A DNA stretch of 48,433 nt from positions 1 through 48,433 of the forward strand of contig CALVSM010000001.1 of assembly GCA_944359025.1 (NCBI GenBank). The letters are read 5' to 3'. Below the pieces are notes generated by a model. It did not search any database. It worked only from the letters and a program-made list of their open reading frames with translations, and was not told the origin of the DNA. Below are positions 46,377-48,433 of the stretch, one piece after another. Each line of letters opens with the position of its first letter. Within the stretch, counting starts at the first letter, position 1. Source of the stretch: an uncultured Bacilli bacterium. Lineage in GTDB: Bacteria > Bacillota_I > Bacilli_A > RF39 > UBA660. Both the position numbers and the translations under genes were made by a program.

Positions 46377-46992
46377 TATATTTTTAAACTATGATAAAAA
46401 TTTATATGAAGTTTTTGATTGGAATAAGGAAGATAAAATTACCCATATTCGGAAAATACCACTAGTTATAGTTAAAACTGAAGATTTATATAATTTAGTT
46501 AATAAAATAGTTACATTTGATTTGGAATTTTTAAATAAAATTTATCAAAAAACTGAAATTTTTAATAAAAGAAAGATTGAATATATTGAATATAGTTTTT
46601 TAGCTACTGATAAAAAAGAATTAATCGCTTTTAAATTAAATAAAAATGGTAATATTATTCAATATAGTAAATTACTTTATGAGGAGGAAGAAGAAGTATT
46701 AAATTATAGTAAATCTTTAGGTTTTAAAAATATTAATTATAAGGTTCAAAAGAAAAAAGAGAATTTTAGTTTTAAAACCCGTAACGAAGATAAAATAAAG
46801 AAATATATCTATGAAGAGCTAGAAAAGATAAAAAATAATTCCAATAAGATTAAGTTTTTATATTTTGAGTGTTTTGGAAATACTAAAAATAAAAATTTAT
46901 TAAAAGAAATACATTATAAATTAGAAAATAATTGGGAAAATAACTATATTGAAGTTTATAATTGTTTAAAAAATATTGCTATTAAAAGATAA
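46360..46992 (+). CDS. Hypothetical protein (210 aa)
   Basis: Strong RBS AAGGAGG. It overlaps the preceding small ORF by 17 nt. No family recognised. Confidence 0.55.
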   Translation: MNYIYDIFLNYDKNLYEVFDWNKEDKITHIRKIPLVIVKTEDLYNLVNKIVTFDLEFLNKIYQKTEIFNKRKIEYIEYSFLATDKKELIAFKLNKNGNIIQYSKLLYEEEEEVLNYSKSLGFKNINYKVQKKKENFSFKTRNEDKIKKYIYEELEKIKNNSNKIKFLYFECFGNTKNKNLLKEIHYKLENNWENNYIEVYNCLKNIAIKR

Positions 46993-47049
46993 AAATAGCT
47001 TTTTTTTTTATTTTTTGTTATAATTAATAAGGTTAGAGGAGGTAATAAC

Positions 47050-47760
47050 ATGGATTATTGTTTTACAATCGATAAGTTTTCGGGTCCCCTTGATTTATTA
47101 CTGCATCTAATTAAACAATCTAATATTGATATTTACGATATTAAAATTGAAGAAATAACGAATCAATATTTAGATTATATAAAAAAAATGGAAGAGTTGA
47201 ATTTGAATATTGCTAGTTCATATTTAGTTATGGCTGCTGAATTAATCGAGATGAAAGCTTCGATGTTATTACCTAAACCAGAAATTGCTGAGGATGAGTA
47301 TGAAGAAGACCCCAAAGAAAGATTGATTAAGCGTTTGATTGAATATCAAAATTATAAAGAAATTACGACTAAATTTCATGAATTAGAGTTAGACCGTCAA
47401 CAGTATTATACTAAACAATCGAGCGATATAAGCGAATATGAAGTCAACCCTAATTTATCAGATGATATAAGTTTAACTGATTTATTAAAAGCGTTTGAAC
47501 AATTTTTAAATCGCCAAGAAAATAATAAACCTTTAAATACCAAAATTACGACGAAAGAATATTCAATTACTAAAAGAAGTAAAGAGATAAAAGATTTAAT
47601 TAAAAAAAATAAAAAAATTAATTTTACTGATTTATTTGAAATTAAAACAAAAAGTTATATTATCGTTACTTTTTTATCAATTTTAATGTTAGCAAAAAAT
47701 AACGATTTGAGAATTATCCAAAATAATAATTTTGAAAATATATTACTTTGTGAGGTGTAG
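47050..47760 (+). CDS. scpA: Segregation and condensation protein A
   Basis: FSGPLDLLLHLIKQSNIDIYDIKIEEIT.QYL is the typical ScpA N-terminus. It is followed by scpB. Confidence 0.9.
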   Translation: MDYCFTIDKFSGPLDLLLHLIKQSNIDIYDIKIEEITNQYLDYIKKMEELNLNIASSYLVMAAELIEMKASMLLPKPEIAEDEYEEDPKERLIKRLIEYQNYKEITTKFHELELDRQQYYTKQSSDISEYEVNPNLSDDISLTDLLKAFEQFLNRQENNKPLNTKITTKEYSITKRSKEIKDLIKKNKKINFTDLFEIKTKSYIIVTFLSILMLAKNNDLRIIQNNNFENILLCEV

Positions 47761-47761
47761 G

Positions 47762-48313
47762 ATGAATTATAATTCTATTTTAGAAAGTTTATTATTTGTT
47801 GTTGGCGATGAAGGTTTAAGTTTAGATGAAATAAAAAAAATATTAGAAGTGGATGATTCTAATTTAAAAGAATTGATTACTAACTTAAAAGATAGTTACG
47901 ATAATCGTGGAATTGAATTAGCCGTTTTAGGTAATCGTTTAAAATTAGTTACTAAAAAAGAAAATAAATCATATATTCAAAAATTAGTTACTTTAGATGA
48001 AAGTGATACATTAACTGAATCGGCTTTAGAAACTTTGGCAATAATTGCTTATAATCAACCAATAACAAGAGTTATGGTCGATGAAATAAGGGGAGTTAGT
48101 AGCGCTTATTTAATTAGAAAGTTAGTTTATAAAAATTTGATATGTGAAGTTGGACGAAGTGAATCAGCTGGGCGACCAGTTTTATATGGGACAACTTCTT
48201 GGTTTTTAGATTATTTCGGTTTAGAATCAATTGATGAATTGCCTAATATTGAAATAACTAAAGATGATACTGAAAAAGATTTATATAATTCAAAATACCA
48301 TGAAGATGAATAA
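47762..48313 (+). CDS. scpB: Segregation and condensation protein B
   Basis: ILESLLFVVGDEGLSLDEI and ALETLAIIAYNQPITR motifs. ATG 47762 follows GAGGTG. Confidence 0.9.
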   Translation: MNYNSILESLLFVVGDEGLSLDEIKKILEVDDSNLKELITNLKDSYDNRGIELAVLGNRLKLVTKKENKSYIQKLVTLDESDTLTESALETLAIIAYNQPITRVMVDEIRGVSSAYLIRKLVYKNLICEVGRSESAGRPVLYGTTSWFLDYFGLESIDELPNIEITKDDTEKDLYNSKYHEDE

Positions 48314-48319
48314 AATCTA

Positions 48320-48348
48320 TTTAAAAAAATAAGATTATATGCTATAAT
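48320..48348 (+). promoter_or_regulatory. Probable tRNA promoter with an extended -10 (TGcTATAAT)
   Basis: TATAAT at 48343..48348 is preceded by TGC. A weak -35 TTTAAA sits 17 nt upstream. The element lies inside a 12-bp inverted repeat, AATAAGATTATA-TGC-TATAATCTTATT. Confidence 0.35.
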
Positions 48349-48358
48349 CTTATTAATT

Positions 48359-48433
48359 GCTTGTGTGGCGGAACTGGTAGACGCGCACGACTCAAAATCG
48401 TGTGGCTTATGTCATGTGGGTTCGATTCCCACC
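48359..48433 (+). tRNA. tRNA-Leu (anticodon CAA), truncated at the window edge
   Basis: Acceptor GCTTGTG, D-arm, anticodon stem CACGA/TCGTG with loop CTCAAAA, a long variable arm and T-arm GTGGG-TTCGATT-CCCAC. The 3' acceptor strand is cut off. Confidence 0.85.

Noticed and set aside
1-48433. The alternative genetic code 4 (TGA = Trp) was considered because of the Mollicutes-like AT richness. CRISPR arrays, rRNA genes and IS elements were also looked for.
   Set aside because: - Trp is encoded by TGG throughout, and several well-supported genes end at TGA (for example the HAD phosphatase at 35977..35979), so code 11 applies.
- I saw no regularly spaced repeats, rRNA signatures or transposase/integrase-like ORFs.

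Overview
This is a very AT-rich chromosomal window from an endospore-forming Bacillota-type bacterium. Supporting genes are PolC, a GerA-family germinant receptor operon and a CotY/CotZ-like cysteine-rich coat protein. Standard genetic code 11 applies: Trp is TGG and TGA is used as a stop. Most of the window is housekeeping: phosphohexomutase, prfA-prmC, a lipid kinase, polC, trpS, a DUF368 membrane protein, a Ca-type P-type ATPase, uvsE, a ptsH-ptsI operon fused to mannose-family EIIB-C-D-A plus a HAD phosphatase, a SIS deaminase/isomerase, tspO, trmL, an LtaS-family synthase, scpA-scpB, and a partial tRNA-Leu(CAA) at the right edge.

Several small accessory or conflict-type islets are embedded in this backbone:
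1. An Abi_2/HEPN abortive-infection gene sits in a 1.5-kb insert. The insert is bracketed by a 248-bp near-perfect direct repeat that duplicates the 3' end and terminator of a neighbouring host gene. This is the most striking structure in the window.
2. A class I Fic toxin is preceded by a 53-codon VbhA-like antitoxin ORF absent from the ORF track. The ORF has Asp where the inhibitory Glu normally sits.
3. A RhuM-Doc fusion gene has no Phd-like partner.
4. An AAA_14/DUF4143 ATPase has its own promoter, paired palindromic repeats and two tightly coupled membrane proteins of unknown function.
5. An orphan ClpA/B D1-type AAA+ module is translationally coupled to trmL.

No CRISPR array, rRNA, transposase or integrase was recognised. 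All family assignments come from motif recognition by eye and need profile searches to confirm.
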